Source of the DNA: Candidatus Electrothrix sp. GW3-4
GTDB taxonomy: Bacteria; Desulfobacterota; Desulfobulbia; Desulfobulbales; Desulfobulbaceae
Length of the DNA: 32,000 nt
NCBI RefSeq assembly: GCF_037902255.1
Contig: NZ_CP147990.1
Span: 4,110,001 to 4,142,000, forward strand
Reading direction: 5' to 3'
Positions within the stretch are counted from its first letter, which is position 1; every line of letters starts with the position of its first letter. Shown here piece after piece: positions 1-8,368 of the stretch. Both the position numbers and the translations under genes were made by a program. The notes under the pieces were generated by a model. That model was not told the DNA's origin. It did no database searches and saw nothing but the letters and a program-made list of their open reading frames with translations.

Positions 1-880
1 CGCTCTCGAAATGTTCCCGCCGGAAAAGGCTCTCTAAGAAGAGACTGATATTAGAATGATGCTTTACTATTTCAGAATGATAGAAAAGTAAATCATCACT
101 GAGCTGATCACAACGACTCAAACAGCTCTCACATTGGTAGGAGGCAATATCCAAGTTGGTAGTTTGGCGTATCTCGTCTCGTATCTTTTCAAGCTCTGCT
201 ATCTTTTGACGAAGTTTATTGAAGAGATGCCGGAAATACATATTCGGCACAATCACATTATGCTCAATATCCATCACCAAGGTATTGATGAATTTCAGGT
301 GATCAATATTTTGCAGGGCAATAAGCCGATTATGCAGGTTATAGCCGATCCGGTTTGTGTACTTACTCAGAAAAAAACGATCCTCTGCGGAGAGCTTCTC
401 TAAGGGAAAAACACTGAACATCCCCAGGATACGATTCCTGCTGTATACCTTCTTAGAGGGAGGGCTCTCCTGGCCCCTTTCCAGCCTTGTCTCTAGGGAT
501 AATTTTCTCCCTCCAGCAGGCTTCTTGTTATAAATAGGAACAATATAAAAATTATCACATTGGTACGGTTCTATACTCAGGGCAACATGTTCTGGGGCTA
601 CTTTTTTGGTCTGATAAACTCCCCGGATGCTGTCACAGGCCAAGTAGAGTTCCCTTGTTTCTTCATCCAAGAGATAAAGGGCACTGTCAAGGCCGGTCAT
701 CTCCAGAGGAACAGCAACGCAGATTCGATAAAAATCATCAAGTGAATCGTACTCCTGCGCCAGATCAAAAAAGGCCTTGAGAAAATCATTAAACGCAGAA
801 GTAAAATTATAGCGTTCATAATTTTTTGATTTTTCGCGTATCCGCTGGCAAATTCTTTGAAGATCTGAACAATGCGGCAT
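1..880 (-). CDS. Sensor protein, N-terminal part (GAF-like region followed by a divergent HisKA-like helix); the 3' end lies beyond the left edge of the window
   Basis: This gene is absent from the ORF track because its stop is left of position 1. My own translation of the minus strand starts at ATG (complement of 878-880), with an in-frame TGA 11 codons upstream, and stays open to position 2. It reads MPHCSDLQRICQRIREKSKNYERYNFTSAFNDFLKAFFDLAQEYDSLDDFYRICVAVPLEMTGLDSALYLLDEETRELYLACDS...LGMFSVFPLEKLSAEDRFFLSKYTNRIGYNLHNRLIALQNIDHLKFINTLVMDIEHNVIVPNMYFRHLFNKL...SLFLESLFRREHFES. FINTLVMDIEHNVIVP looks like a divergent H-box (His with Pro at +5). All domain calls are by eye. Confidence 0.5.
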   Translation of the reverse strand, partial: MPHCSDLQRICQRIREKSKNYERYNFTSAFNDFLKAFFDLAQEYDSLDDFYRICVAVPLEMTGLDSALYLLDEETRELYLACDSIRGVYQTKKVAPEHVALSIEPYQCDNFYIVPIYNKKPAGGRKLSLETRLERGQESPPSKKVYSRNRILGMFSVFPLEKLSAEDRFFLSKYTNRIGYNLHNRLIALQNIDHLKFINTLVMDIEHNVIVPNMYFRHLFNKLRQKIAELEKIRDEIRQTTNLDIASYQCESCLSRCDQLSDDLLFYHSEIVKHHSNISLFLESLFRREHFES

Positions 881-997
881 TAGGCTCGCCCTCTGTTTCT
901 GCGACCGTTTTCAAAAGAACGGTCGGGGAAAAAATACATTGTCGGGGACACACCCGTCATAAAAGGACAACGAAGGAGAATACCCCTTCGTTACTTC

Positions 998-1531
998 TTA
1001 CTTTATATCAACCGCCACTTCATCACCCTTCCGATCCTCAGACAGCAGCACATCAACCCGTTCTGATGCATCGGCACGAATACAGACCCCTGTAAAATCC
1101 GGTTGGATGGGGAGTTCACGACCCTGACGATCAACCAAGACAGCCAGCTGAATAGAACGAGGGCGCCCATAATCCATCAACGCATCCATAGCGGCCCGGA
1201 TAGTGCGCCCGGTAAAGATAACGTCATCCACCAGCACAACATCCTTATCCTCAACCGTGAATTCGATATTGGTTTTGCGAACAATGGGATTTTGCGAGAT
1301 CAGGCTCCAATCATCCCGGTACAGGGTGATGTCCAGGCTGGCCATGGGCACCTCGTTATCCTCATGGGCAGTAATCTTTTCATGAAGCCGGGCAGCCATA
1401 AACACTCCGCCCGTATGGATGCCGACGATAGCCAAATTTTCGACGCCTTGATTCCGTTCAAGAATCTCCATGGCCAATCGTTCTATGCTCCGCTCAATAG
1501 CTTCGCTGTTCATAACAATGCGGACGGACAT
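998..1531 (-). CDS. pyrR: Bifunctional pyrimidine regulatory protein / uracil phosphoribosyltransferase PyrR
   Basis: The 179-aa ORF 998..1537 has the PRPP-binding loop VVLVDDVIFTGRTIRAAMDAL and the PyrR-typical N-terminus (IERLAMEILERN...LAIVGIHTGGV). The track start at 1537 is TTG. ATG at 1531 has AGAGG 6 nt upstream and lies 2 nt after the purN stop, so I prefer 1531. Confidence 0.9.
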   Translation of the reverse strand: MSVRIVMNSEAIERSIERLAMEILERNQGVENLAIVGIHTGGVFMAARLHEKITAHEDNEVPMASLDITLYRDDWSLISQNPIVRKTNIEFTVEDKDVVLVDDVIFTGRTIRAAMDALMDYGRPRSIQLAVLVDRQGRELPIQPDFTGVCIRADASERVDVLLSEDRKGDEVAVDIK

Positions 1532-1533
1532 AT

Positions 1534-2109
1534 TCAACCTCTGTTCCAGAAATAGGCAGCACCCTTTTCATCCACCAAATTAATGGCTTCAGGAAAGGCC
1601 TCACACTCTTTGGCAAACACCTTATCTGCAATATCATCAGGTGAATCAGCAGGGGCTAACGAGACACATTTTTGCAGAATAATAGGACCTTCGTCATAGA
1701 CCTCGTTGGCAAAATGAACAGTACAGCCGCTGACAGTACAGCCTCTGGCCTTGACGGCCTCATGGACATGATGACCGTAAAAACCCGGGCCGCAGAAGGA
1801 GGGAATCAGGGAAGGATGAATATTAACAACCCGTTGTTGCAGTTGTTGCGATGGTTCATACAGTTTAAGGTAACCGGCAAGGGTGACAAGGTCAATATCA
1901 TATTCCGCCAGGATCTTATTAATGGCTGCATTATCAGCAGCGTGAAAGGCCGGATAGCCATATTTTTGTGCTTTCTCCAGCCCCAAGGCGTCACCGACAT
2001 TAGAGACAACCACCTGAATCGCTGCCTTCATCGCGCCTGCCTGGATACATTCATGAAAATTATCCAGGGTCCTGCCTGATCCAGACAGCAGTACTGCTAT
2101 CTTTTGCAT
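1534..2109 (-). CDS. purN: Phosphoribosylglycinamide formyltransferase PurN
   Basis: 191 aa. Motifs: IAVLLSGSGRTL, VVSNVGDALGLEKA, LAGYLKL, VNIHPSLIPSFCG, GCTVHFANEVYDEGPIILQ. ATG start with AGGAGA upstream. Confidence 0.92.
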   Translation of the reverse strand: MQKIAVLLSGSGRTLDNFHECIQAGAMKAAIQVVVSNVGDALGLEKAQKYGYPAFHAADNAAINKILAEYDIDLVTLAGYLKLYEPSQQLQQRVVNIHPSLIPSFCGPGFYGHHVHEAVKARGCTVSGCTVHFANEVYDEGPIILQKCVSLAPADSPDDIADKVFAKECEAFPEAINLVDEKGAAYFWNRG

Positions 2110-2189
2110 TCTTTTCTCCTTTACCGCAGAGAGGAAACAGAAAGGGCGGCCCTATAACGGTACCGCCCCTTCCTGTCTTCTTTCTGCCT

Positions 2190-2810
2190 CTATTCCCCGT
2201 CAAAATAGGGGTTTCTCTCCACATCCACTTTCACCAGCCAATCAGCAATGGCAGTATCATAAGACGAGGTCAGCTGAAAGACCTTCACTGCCAGCTTGAA
2301 TCTGGTCTTCAGGGTTGTGTTACCGGTTGCACGAATTTCTGCAAGGACCTGATCATAATCAGCAGGATCAACGATCACGGTTACATCCTGAAAATTTTTG
2401 GCTGACGCCCGCAGCAGGGTCGGCCCGCCGATATCGATATTTTCAATGGCATCGCCAAGGGCACAATTCGGATCAGCTACGGTTTTCTCAAAGGCATAGA
2501 GATTCACGGCCACAATATCAATGGGCTTGATACCGTGCTCTGCACATTGCTGCTGATGATCGGCATTCTCCCGCTGATGAAGAATAGCTCCGTGTACCAG
2601 GGGATGCAGGGTTTTGACCCGTCCATCCAGCATTTCCGGAAAACCGGTGAACTCAGACACGTCAGTCACGTCAATGCCATTGTCCCGCATCTTTTTGGCC
2701 GTTCCGCCAGTGGACAGGATCTCGATGCCCATCTCGGTTAATGCCTTGGCAAAATCTTCAATGCCGGATTTATCGGTCAGGCTGATTAAGGCCCTGGCTG
2801 CTTTGTTCAT
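2190..2810 (-). CDS. Stand-alone IMP cyclohydrolase (MGS-like N-terminal domain of PurH only; no AICAR formyltransferase domain)
   Basis: [18 protein letters not shown]...[50 protein letters not shown] matches the PurH IMPCH domain. The ORF stops about 20 aa after the [11 protein letters not shown] helix, and only 80 nt separate it from purN. The track start at 2828 is TTG. ATG at 2810 ([11 protein letters not shown]) has GAGGAAG upstream. Confidence 0.85.
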   Translation of the reverse strand: MNKAARALISLTDKSGIEDFAKALTEMGIEILSTGGTAKKMRDNGIDVTDVSEFTGFPEMLDGRVKTLHPLVHGAILHQRENADHQQQCAEHGIKPIDIVAVNLYAFEKTVADPNCALGDAIENIDIGGPTLLRASAKNFQDVTVIVDPADYDQVLAEIRATGNTTLKTRFKLAVKVFQLTSSYDTAIADWLVKVDVERNPYFDGE

Positions 2811-2893
2811 TTCTTCTTCCTCACTCAAAATAGGTAGTTCTTATTATCTATTTATATTCTAATAATTTTTAAGGCCAGCTCTTCAGGGCTTGC

Positions 2894-2923
2894 CATGTCC
2901 CATCATGTCCCATCATGTCCCAT
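2894..2923. repeat. Three perfect tandem copies of the 10-mer CATGTCCCAT, running into a 7-bp hairpin (TCCCATG 2918-2924 / CATGGGA 2931-2937)
   Basis: Read directly from the sequence: tgc CATGTCCCAT CATGTCCCAT CATGTCCCAT gtaaagacatggga. It lies in the intergenic gap between the hslR stop (2948) and the purH' start. Confidence 0.9.
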
Positions 2924-2947
2924 GTAAAGACATGGGAGACGAATACC

Positions 2948-3352
2948 TCAGTCGTCTTTACGAAGAAACTTCCTGATTTTTCTCCGGTCCCGTTTATCGG
3001 GTCGCCCCTCAGGCCGGGAGGCAGGGGCCTTGACCAAGCGCCTTTGTTCACGGGCCTCCTCACGTTGAGTCCGAGATTCCTCAGTCTCTTCGTACAGGGT
3101 GATAGCCACCTTAGCCGGGCCACGACGGTCGCTCAGCGCCAAGATATTGATCGTATAGATCTCAATGCCCCGTTTGATGCGGAGTTGCTCCCCACCTTGG
3201 ACAATACGAGAAGGTTTCACGCGCTTACCATTGAGATGAACATGGCCGCCACTCACCGCCTTTGAAGCCATTGAACGTGTCTTAAAAAAACGTGCGGCCC
3301 AGAGCCATTTATCAAGGCGGACAGCGATTTCCTGCTTATCTCTGTTTGTCAT
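2948..3352 (-). CDS. hslR: Ribosome-associated heat shock protein Hsp15 (S4 RNA-binding domain)
   Basis: VRLDKWLWAARFFKTRSMASKAVSGGHVHLNGKRVKPS...YEETEESRTQRE...RPDKRDRRKIRKF tracks E. coli Hsp15 end to end. The track start at 3370 is GTG. ATG at 3352 (MTNRDKQEIAVRLDKW) gives the canonical length. Confidence 0.88.
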   Translation of the reverse strand: MTNRDKQEIAVRLDKWLWAARFFKTRSMASKAVSGGHVHLNGKRVKPSRIVQGGEQLRIKRGIEIYTINILALSDRRGPAKVAITLYEETEESRTQREEAREQRRLVKAPASRPEGRPDKRDRRKIRKFLRKDD

Positions 3353-3488
3353 TTTTCCGGTGCTTTTCACCCTCTTTTTGATACGATGACAACTTCATCA
3401 GATAATAGGATTTCTGAAAAAGCGCAAGGGAACTCTATATTCAATTTTGTACGACATGTAAATATTGCCTTATGTTGGTTGAAAAAAT

Positions 3489-4325
3489 ATGGTAATACTG
3501 CTCGCTCGTTGTATCAGCGAGATACTTACTCATAAAGATCCAATCCTGACAGGAACAAAAAATTCCATGAAGTTACATTCCGTCGGCATAAAACATTTTA
3601 CCTGTCCTGTTTCCATTCGAGAACAAAAAGGAAGCGTGCAGCAGACTGTTGCTGAAATCAACCTGCAGGCCTCCCTTCCCCACCGTTTCAAACGGTCCTG
3701 TCTAGAGATATTTACCTGTATTTTGGCTAAGTATCAACAGGATATGCATACGAAAATCTTCCCTGAGCTCCTGACTGAGGTGCAGAACAACCTCCAGGCA
3801 GAAGAGGCGGAAATGGAAATGCAATTTCCCTATTTTATCGCCAAACAGGCCCCGGTAACCGGAACAGAGAGCCTGATGGAGTATGACTGTTCCTTTATCG
3901 GCAGCATTGACCATCAGGAACACCAACTCCTCTTAAAGGTCAGCGTGCCGCTTACCACGCTCTGTCCCTGCTCAAAGGAAATCAGTCAGCAGGGAGCGCA
4001 TAATCAGCGGGCTGAAGTGATCCTGACGGTGCGACCTCTGGGATTCATCTGGTTGGAAGAACTCATCTCTATGGTGGAAAGCTGCGGCTCCTGTGAACTC
4101 TATGCCCTCCTGAAACGACCAGATGAAAAATTTGTCACCGAAGAGGCCTATGCCAATCCCATGTTTGTTGAAGATGTGGTGAGAAAGGTCGCCCAGAAAG
4201 CACAGGACCATAAAACCATAGGCTGGTTTTCGGTCAGTGTGGAGAGCTTTGAGTCCATCCACAAACACAGTGCCTATGCCTATGTCGACAGTAACGATCT
4301 GGACCAGGAATTCGCCAAAGAGTAA
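3489..4325 (+). CDS. folE2: GTP cyclohydrolase I type 2 (FolE2/MptA family)
   Basis: Motifs: VGIKHFTCPVSI, FPYFIAKQAPVTG, SVPLTTLCPCSKEISQQGAHNQRAEV, ELYALLKRPDEKFVTEEAYANPMFVEDVVRKV. The start is uncertain: ATG 3489 or ATG 3567 (MKLHSVGIK, with AGGA 12 nt upstream). Confidence 0.85.
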   Translation: MVILLARCISEILTHKDPILTGTKNSMKLHSVGIKHFTCPVSIREQKGSVQQTVAEINLQASLPHRFKRSCLEIFTCILAKYQQDMHTKIFPELLTEVQNNLQAEEAEMEMQFPYFIAKQAPVTGTESLMEYDCSFIGSIDHQEHQLLLKVSVPLTTLCPCSKEISQQGAHNQRAEVILTVRPLGFIWLEELISMVESCGSCELYALLKRPDEKFVTEEAYANPMFVEDVVRKVAQKAQDHKTIGWFSVSVESFESIHKHSAYAYVDSNDLDQEFAKE

Positions 4326-4382
4326 AAAGGGCAAAAGAGAAGGGCAATCTCCCTCTATCCCAACTTCGCCTCTCCTTCTTGT

Positions 4383-5842
4383 CTACTTTTCAATCCCGCC
4401 GAGGCAGAGATATTTCTGTTCCAGATATTCTTCGATACCGTATTTCGAGCCCTCACGCCCAATACCCGACTCCTTGATGCCGCCAAAGGGAGCAGATTCT
4501 GTTGACATGATACCTGTATTAACTCCAACCATACCGTACTCCAAGGCCTCGGACACACGCCAGCATCGCCCTATGTCCTTGCTGAAAAAATACGAGGCCA
4601 GACCATAAGGCGTATCATTGGCCACGGCAACAGCCTCTTCTTCCGTGGCAAAGGAAAAGAGCGGGGCCACAGGACCAAAGGTCTCCTCATAGGCGATCTG
4701 CATCTCTGTGGTCACATCAAGAAGGATCGTCGGTTCAAAAAGAAGCCGGTTTCCCCTACTCTCTTGCCACCTGATCCGAGACGGGCCCCTTTGCCCAGAG
4801 CATCCTGGATCTGCTGCTCCACTTTTTGGACCGCATTCAGATCGATAAGTGGTCCCTGATTGACCCCTTCATCAAAGCCGTTTCCTACCTTGAGCTGCGC
4901 CTGCACGGCCTGAATCAGCTTTTCTGCAAAGGCATCATATACTCCTTCCTGAACAATAAAACGATTGGCGCAAACGCATGTTTGTCCGGAATTTCGATAC
5001 TTCGAAGCAATGGCATTAGTAACCGCTTCATCTAAATCGGCATCATCAAAAACGATGAACGGAGCGTGCCCACCCAGCTCCAGGGAAATTTTCTTGACCG
5101 TATCTGCGCATTGCCGCATCAACATCTTCCCTATTTCCGTGGAACCGGTAAAACTGAGTTTGCGAACAGTTGGGCTTTCTGTTAATGCCCCGCCGATTGC
5201 GGAGGCCGACCCGGTCAGGACATTAAAGATACCCGGCGGTATTCCTGCCTCCTCGGCAAGCTTGGCCAAGGCCAAGGCGGAAAGAGGGGTCTGACTCGCA
5301 GGTTTCACAATCACCGGGCAACCTGCGGCCAAGGCCGGAGCAGCTTTGCGGGTGATCATAGCAGAAGGAAAATTCCAGGGAGTAATGGCTGCACAGACAC
5401 CGACGGGTTGCTTAAGGACGATGATCCGTTTTCCCGGTTGGGCCATGGGAATAGTGTCCCCGTAGACTCGTTTCGCTTCCTCTGCAAACCATTCCACAAA
5501 ACTGGCTGCGTAGAGGATCTCACCCCGTGATTCTGTCAGCGGCTTGCCCTGCTCGGCGGTCATAATGATGGCTAAATCTTCCTGATGCTCAATAATTAGA
5601 TTATACCAGCGTCGAATGAGCCGCGAACGTTCATGGGCGGTTTTGCTTCGCCATACTGGCCAGGCAGCGTCGGCAGCCTCTATCGCCTGGAAAGTTTCTT
5701 CCCGTCCCAAGGAAGGGACAGAACCGATCAATGCACCATTTGCCGGGTTATGCACGGCAATGCTCTTTTCATCTCCTGAGGAGATCCAATTTCCGTTAAT
5801 AAAACAACGGCTACAAAGCAAGTCTTTATTTTTTAAAATCAT
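4383..5842 (-). pseudogene. gabD: Succinate-semialdehyde / NAD(P)+ aldehyde dehydrogenase (GabD-like), reading frame broken once
   Basis: ORFs 4712..5842 (376 aa) and 4383..4715 (110 aa) together cover a roughly 486-aa ALDH: ITPWNFPSAMITRK, SFTGSTEIGK, LELGGHAPFIVF, SGQTCVCANR, then [11 protein letters not shown]...[24 protein letters not shown]. The break is at GETGFF|LNRRSFLM*. Adding one base to the run at 4737-4741 (A5 on +, T5 in the gene) restores [29 protein letters not shown]. Confidence 0.88.
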
Positions 5843-6041
5843 AGAAACAACTCCAACTTATGAAAAGAAATACAATTTTTTAAACTTCAAAAGTGTCGCC
5901 ACAATGTGTGACCCAAAAAGGCATGTGCTTTTTGCTGGTAAAAAGAAAAATTTATGATAAAGAATCAAAGAGGGGTTCTTATAAGCTATATATTCCCATC
6001 AGCGCGTTTTTCCTTGCGGCAGAAGAATTTTCAAGCCGTTG

Positions 6042-6515
6042 ATGTTCCTGTTGCCCGGACAATTGAAAAACAGCGATTCGTTCAGGGCATTTTCCCGGCA
6101 GGAAAAGATGATCTTAGCAGGACAAACAAAAACACTCGGCAACTGTTTTCCGATAGAAATTACAGCGCAACATGCAGGCTCTGGAAAAGTTATGGCCGGG
6201 CCCCTTCGAGGAAGACTTTTTGATCTTTCAAAAAACGATGCCTGCCTGCTCATGAGTCAGATTATGGATGAGACATATCATCTCTTTTACTCGACCCAGG
6301 AAAACGATCTCCTCTTCCTGAATCTTTTTTTTGACCTGCCTTCGGCTCCTGATGAGCACGTCAAACTCACAGCTCTCCCGCTGTGGTTTAATATTTTTCA
6401 GCAAGGACAAATTCGAAATTTTGTCATGGGTGTTGAGTTCACCAGGAATCTTGAAGAAAAAACAATGAAAGAACTCCTGAAAGGTGTCGGTCGTCGCCAC
6501 AAAAGAATGGTATAA
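6042..6515 (+). CDS. Hypothetical protein, PilZ-like with a degenerate motif
   Basis: ORF 6039..6515 (TTG, then ATG at 6042). It contains RAFSR (RxxxR) and, 41 residues later, DLSKNDA where PilZ domains have D/NxSxxG (Gly replaced by Asp). There is no other recognisable similarity, and the start codon is uncertain (ATG 6108 is also possible). Confidence 0.4.
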   Translation: MFLLPGQLKNSDSFRAFSRQEKMILAGQTKTLGNCFPIEITAQHAGSGKVMAGPLRGRLFDLSKNDACLLMSQIMDETYHLFYSTQENDLLFLNLFFDLPSAPDEHVKLTALPLWFNIFQQGQIRNFVMGVEFTRNLEEKTMKELLKGVGRRHKRMV

Positions 6516-6557
6516 CAAATTTTTACCTCACCCCATCACCTCTTCTCCTCTTCTCCT

Positions 6558-8138
6558 TTACCTATGGTTGTTTTTTCCTTTCTCTAACCCCAGGACACTG
6601 AATGTCTGGACTGAGTATTGTACCCCTTTCAAAACCATCTTGCCCACATCTTTTACCCGAACCTTCTTATCAAGCTGCTTTCGCTTCAGATCCTCAAGGA
6701 CCTTATCGGTGATATAGATCCTGGAGGAAGTCGCTTTTGAGGCCAGGCGCTGCGCAATATTTACCTCGGTTCCAATGACCGTGTAATCCAGGCGTCTGGC
6801 CGAGCCCACATTACCAAGAAACATCTCTCCCCGGGTCACAGCAAAGCCGAGATCAATGGTAGTAAAAAAAGGATCCCTGGCCTGCCAGTCTGCTTTTAGG
6901 TCAGCAAAACGCTCTCGGATAGCAAGGGCGGTCTCTATAGCGGTAAAAGAGGGGTGGTCGAGCTCTATAAGGGCACCAAAGATTGCCAAGACAGCATCGC
7001 CCATAAATTTATCCACCGTGCCCCGGTATTCAAAAATCGTCTCGGTAAAGAGTTGAAAAAACTCGTTGAGAAAATCGCGCAGGACAGCTAAGGGAATCTC
7101 CTGCACCATCCCTGTGAAATTTCGGATATCGGCAAAAAGGACGGTTGCCTCCTTGACTTCACCAAGACCGGTGGTGAGATCGGCATCACTGGCCAGCAGC
7201 ACTTCTGCAACCTCAGGGGCAACATATTGCTCCAGAAGTGCCTGCAGTCTGGCTTCCTGGGCTACCGATTCAAAGGCATATACGTTTTCTATAGCTAACG
7301 CGGCCTGGGTACTGAAGATACCGAGGATTTCAATATCAGAGTCAGCAAAGCGAATATCACCATCAGTATAACTGACATTGAGGACGCCCAAAATCTTATC
7401 TCGGACGATCATGGGAAAGGAAACAGCTGAAACGATCTCTGGTCTTTTCAGCAGGTCAGCAAACCTGGAGTCATTCTGGGTTTCCTGATTCAAGATGACC
7501 GGCGTGCGTTCCTGGAAAACACGACCTGCAATCTTATCACCAGGTTTTATCTTGATCTGATCGATCATCTCCTCAGGAATCCCTCGAGAAGCGGCGATAC
7601 GCAGAACGCCTTCATTCGCATCGTATAGCATCACCGACAGGCTGTCCGCAGCTGTCTGATCGCCAATAACATTGAGCAGGCTTTCCAGGACATCGTGTTG
7701 GCTGGTGGAGGACATGAAATGTTCTCCCAGCCCATAGAGAGGAAGCAGGGCGCGAAGACGGGCATTCTCTTCCCGCAGGGCAGCGGATTCCATGGCCTTG
7801 GCAACCCTTTCCCGTACTTGGTCTGGGTCAAGGGGAGGGGAAAACAGCCCGGCAAAACCGCTCTCCATCGCTGCCGGGCAAAGGCTACCAGCAGATGTTC
7901 TATCCACTATCAAAAAACCGAGCAGACCAGGCCGAGATGCACGCAGGCTATCAAATAGTTCTATCCCGCTTGCCCCTGGCAGCTCCTGAACAACCAAAAC
8001 GACCCTGACCGGTTGATGAATACAGATGTTTAAGGCCTCATACGCGAAGCACCAATCTACATCATATTCATGTAAGATATCAGTCACCTGTTGACAAAGT
8101 TCGGGATCCTCCGCAATCAACAGGATATCCGGCAGCAT
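6558..8138 (-). CDS. Pseudo-receiver / GAF / class III adenylate cyclase
   Basis: 526 aa. The N-terminus has a CheY-like fold (DILLIAEDPEL...VVLVVQELPGASGIELF). The middle is GAF (LSVMLYDANEGVLRIAASRGIPEE...PGDKIAGRVFQERTPV...FPMIVRDKILGVLNVSY). The C-terminus is a cyclase homology domain (VLFADIRNFTG, GTVDKFMGDAVLAIFGA, RRLDYTVIGTEVNIAQRLAS) with the Lys/Asp pair typical of ATP specificity. Confidence 0.88.
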   Translation of the reverse strand: MLPDILLIAEDPELCQQVTDILHEYDVDWCFAYEALNICIHQPVRVVLVVQELPGASGIELFDSLRASRPGLLGFLIVDRTSAGSLCPAAMESGFAGLFSPPLDPDQVRERVAKAMESAALREENARLRALLPLYGLGEHFMSSTSQHDVLESLLNVIGDQTAADSLSVMLYDANEGVLRIAASRGIPEEMIDQIKIKPGDKIAGRVFQERTPVILNQETQNDSRFADLLKRPEIVSAVSFPMIVRDKILGVLNVSYTDGDIRFADSDIEILGIFSTQAALAIENVYAFESVAQEARLQALLEQYVAPEVAEVLLASDADLTTGLGEVKEATVLFADIRNFTGMVQEIPLAVLRDFLNEFFQLFTETIFEYRGTVDKFMGDAVLAIFGALIELDHPSFTAIETALAIRERFADLKADWQARDPFFTTIDLGFAVTRGEMFLGNVGSARRLDYTVIGTEVNIAQRLASKATSSRIYITDKVLEDLKRKQLDKKVRVKDVGKMVLKGVQYSVQTFSVLGLEKGKNNHR

Positions 8139-8331
8139 TATAGTACTCTTAGTGCATTTTTTAGCGGATTGAGAGGCATCGTGGAAACTTATCCCTACGA
8201 CAAACGACCGTTGTCTCTCCTTTCGTTGGCGAAAGCCAATTCTACTAGCATTCTACCATCCACATTCTGACAAGGCAACAGCGGTGATTAATTATTCTTT
8301 TTCAAAAAAAATATTCAGGCGTGTTATCGTC

Positions 8332-8360
8332 TTGACGCTCCCCCATTTTCTGATCATAAT
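8332..8360 (+). promoter_or_regulatory. Sigma70-like promoter candidate for rarA (TTGACG - 17 nt - CATAAT)
   Basis: TTGACG at 8332-8337 and CATAAT at 8355-8360, with a 17-nt spacer. The predicted start site falls about 1-3 nt from ATG 8369. Confidence 0.4.
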
Positions 8361-8368
8361 ATTCATCT

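Noticed and set aside
902-925. Hairpin CGACCGTT-ttcaaaag-AACGGTCG between pyrR and the sensor gene, as a terminator or PyrR attenuator
   Set aside because: There is no U-tract on either strand and no PyrR binding-loop consensus. It may be incidental.
2190-2828. The short purH as a truncated pseudogene
   Set aside because: It has a clean stop, an intact domain and a good SD/ATG. Only 80 nt of spacer separate it from purN, with no trace of AICARFT-coding sequence in any frame.
2894-2923. The tandem 10-mers as a CRISPR-like or regulatory array
   Set aside because: The repeats are contiguous with no spacers, there are only three units, and no cas genes are nearby.
5954-6223. The 89-aa ORF and a possible frameshift linking it to ORF 6039..6515
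   Set aside because: EKQRFVQGIF vaguely resembles a PilZ N-terminus. However, the 6039 frame already contains a proper RxxxR, and there is no homopolymer or sequence evidence forcing a shift. I kept the longer ORF, at low confidence.
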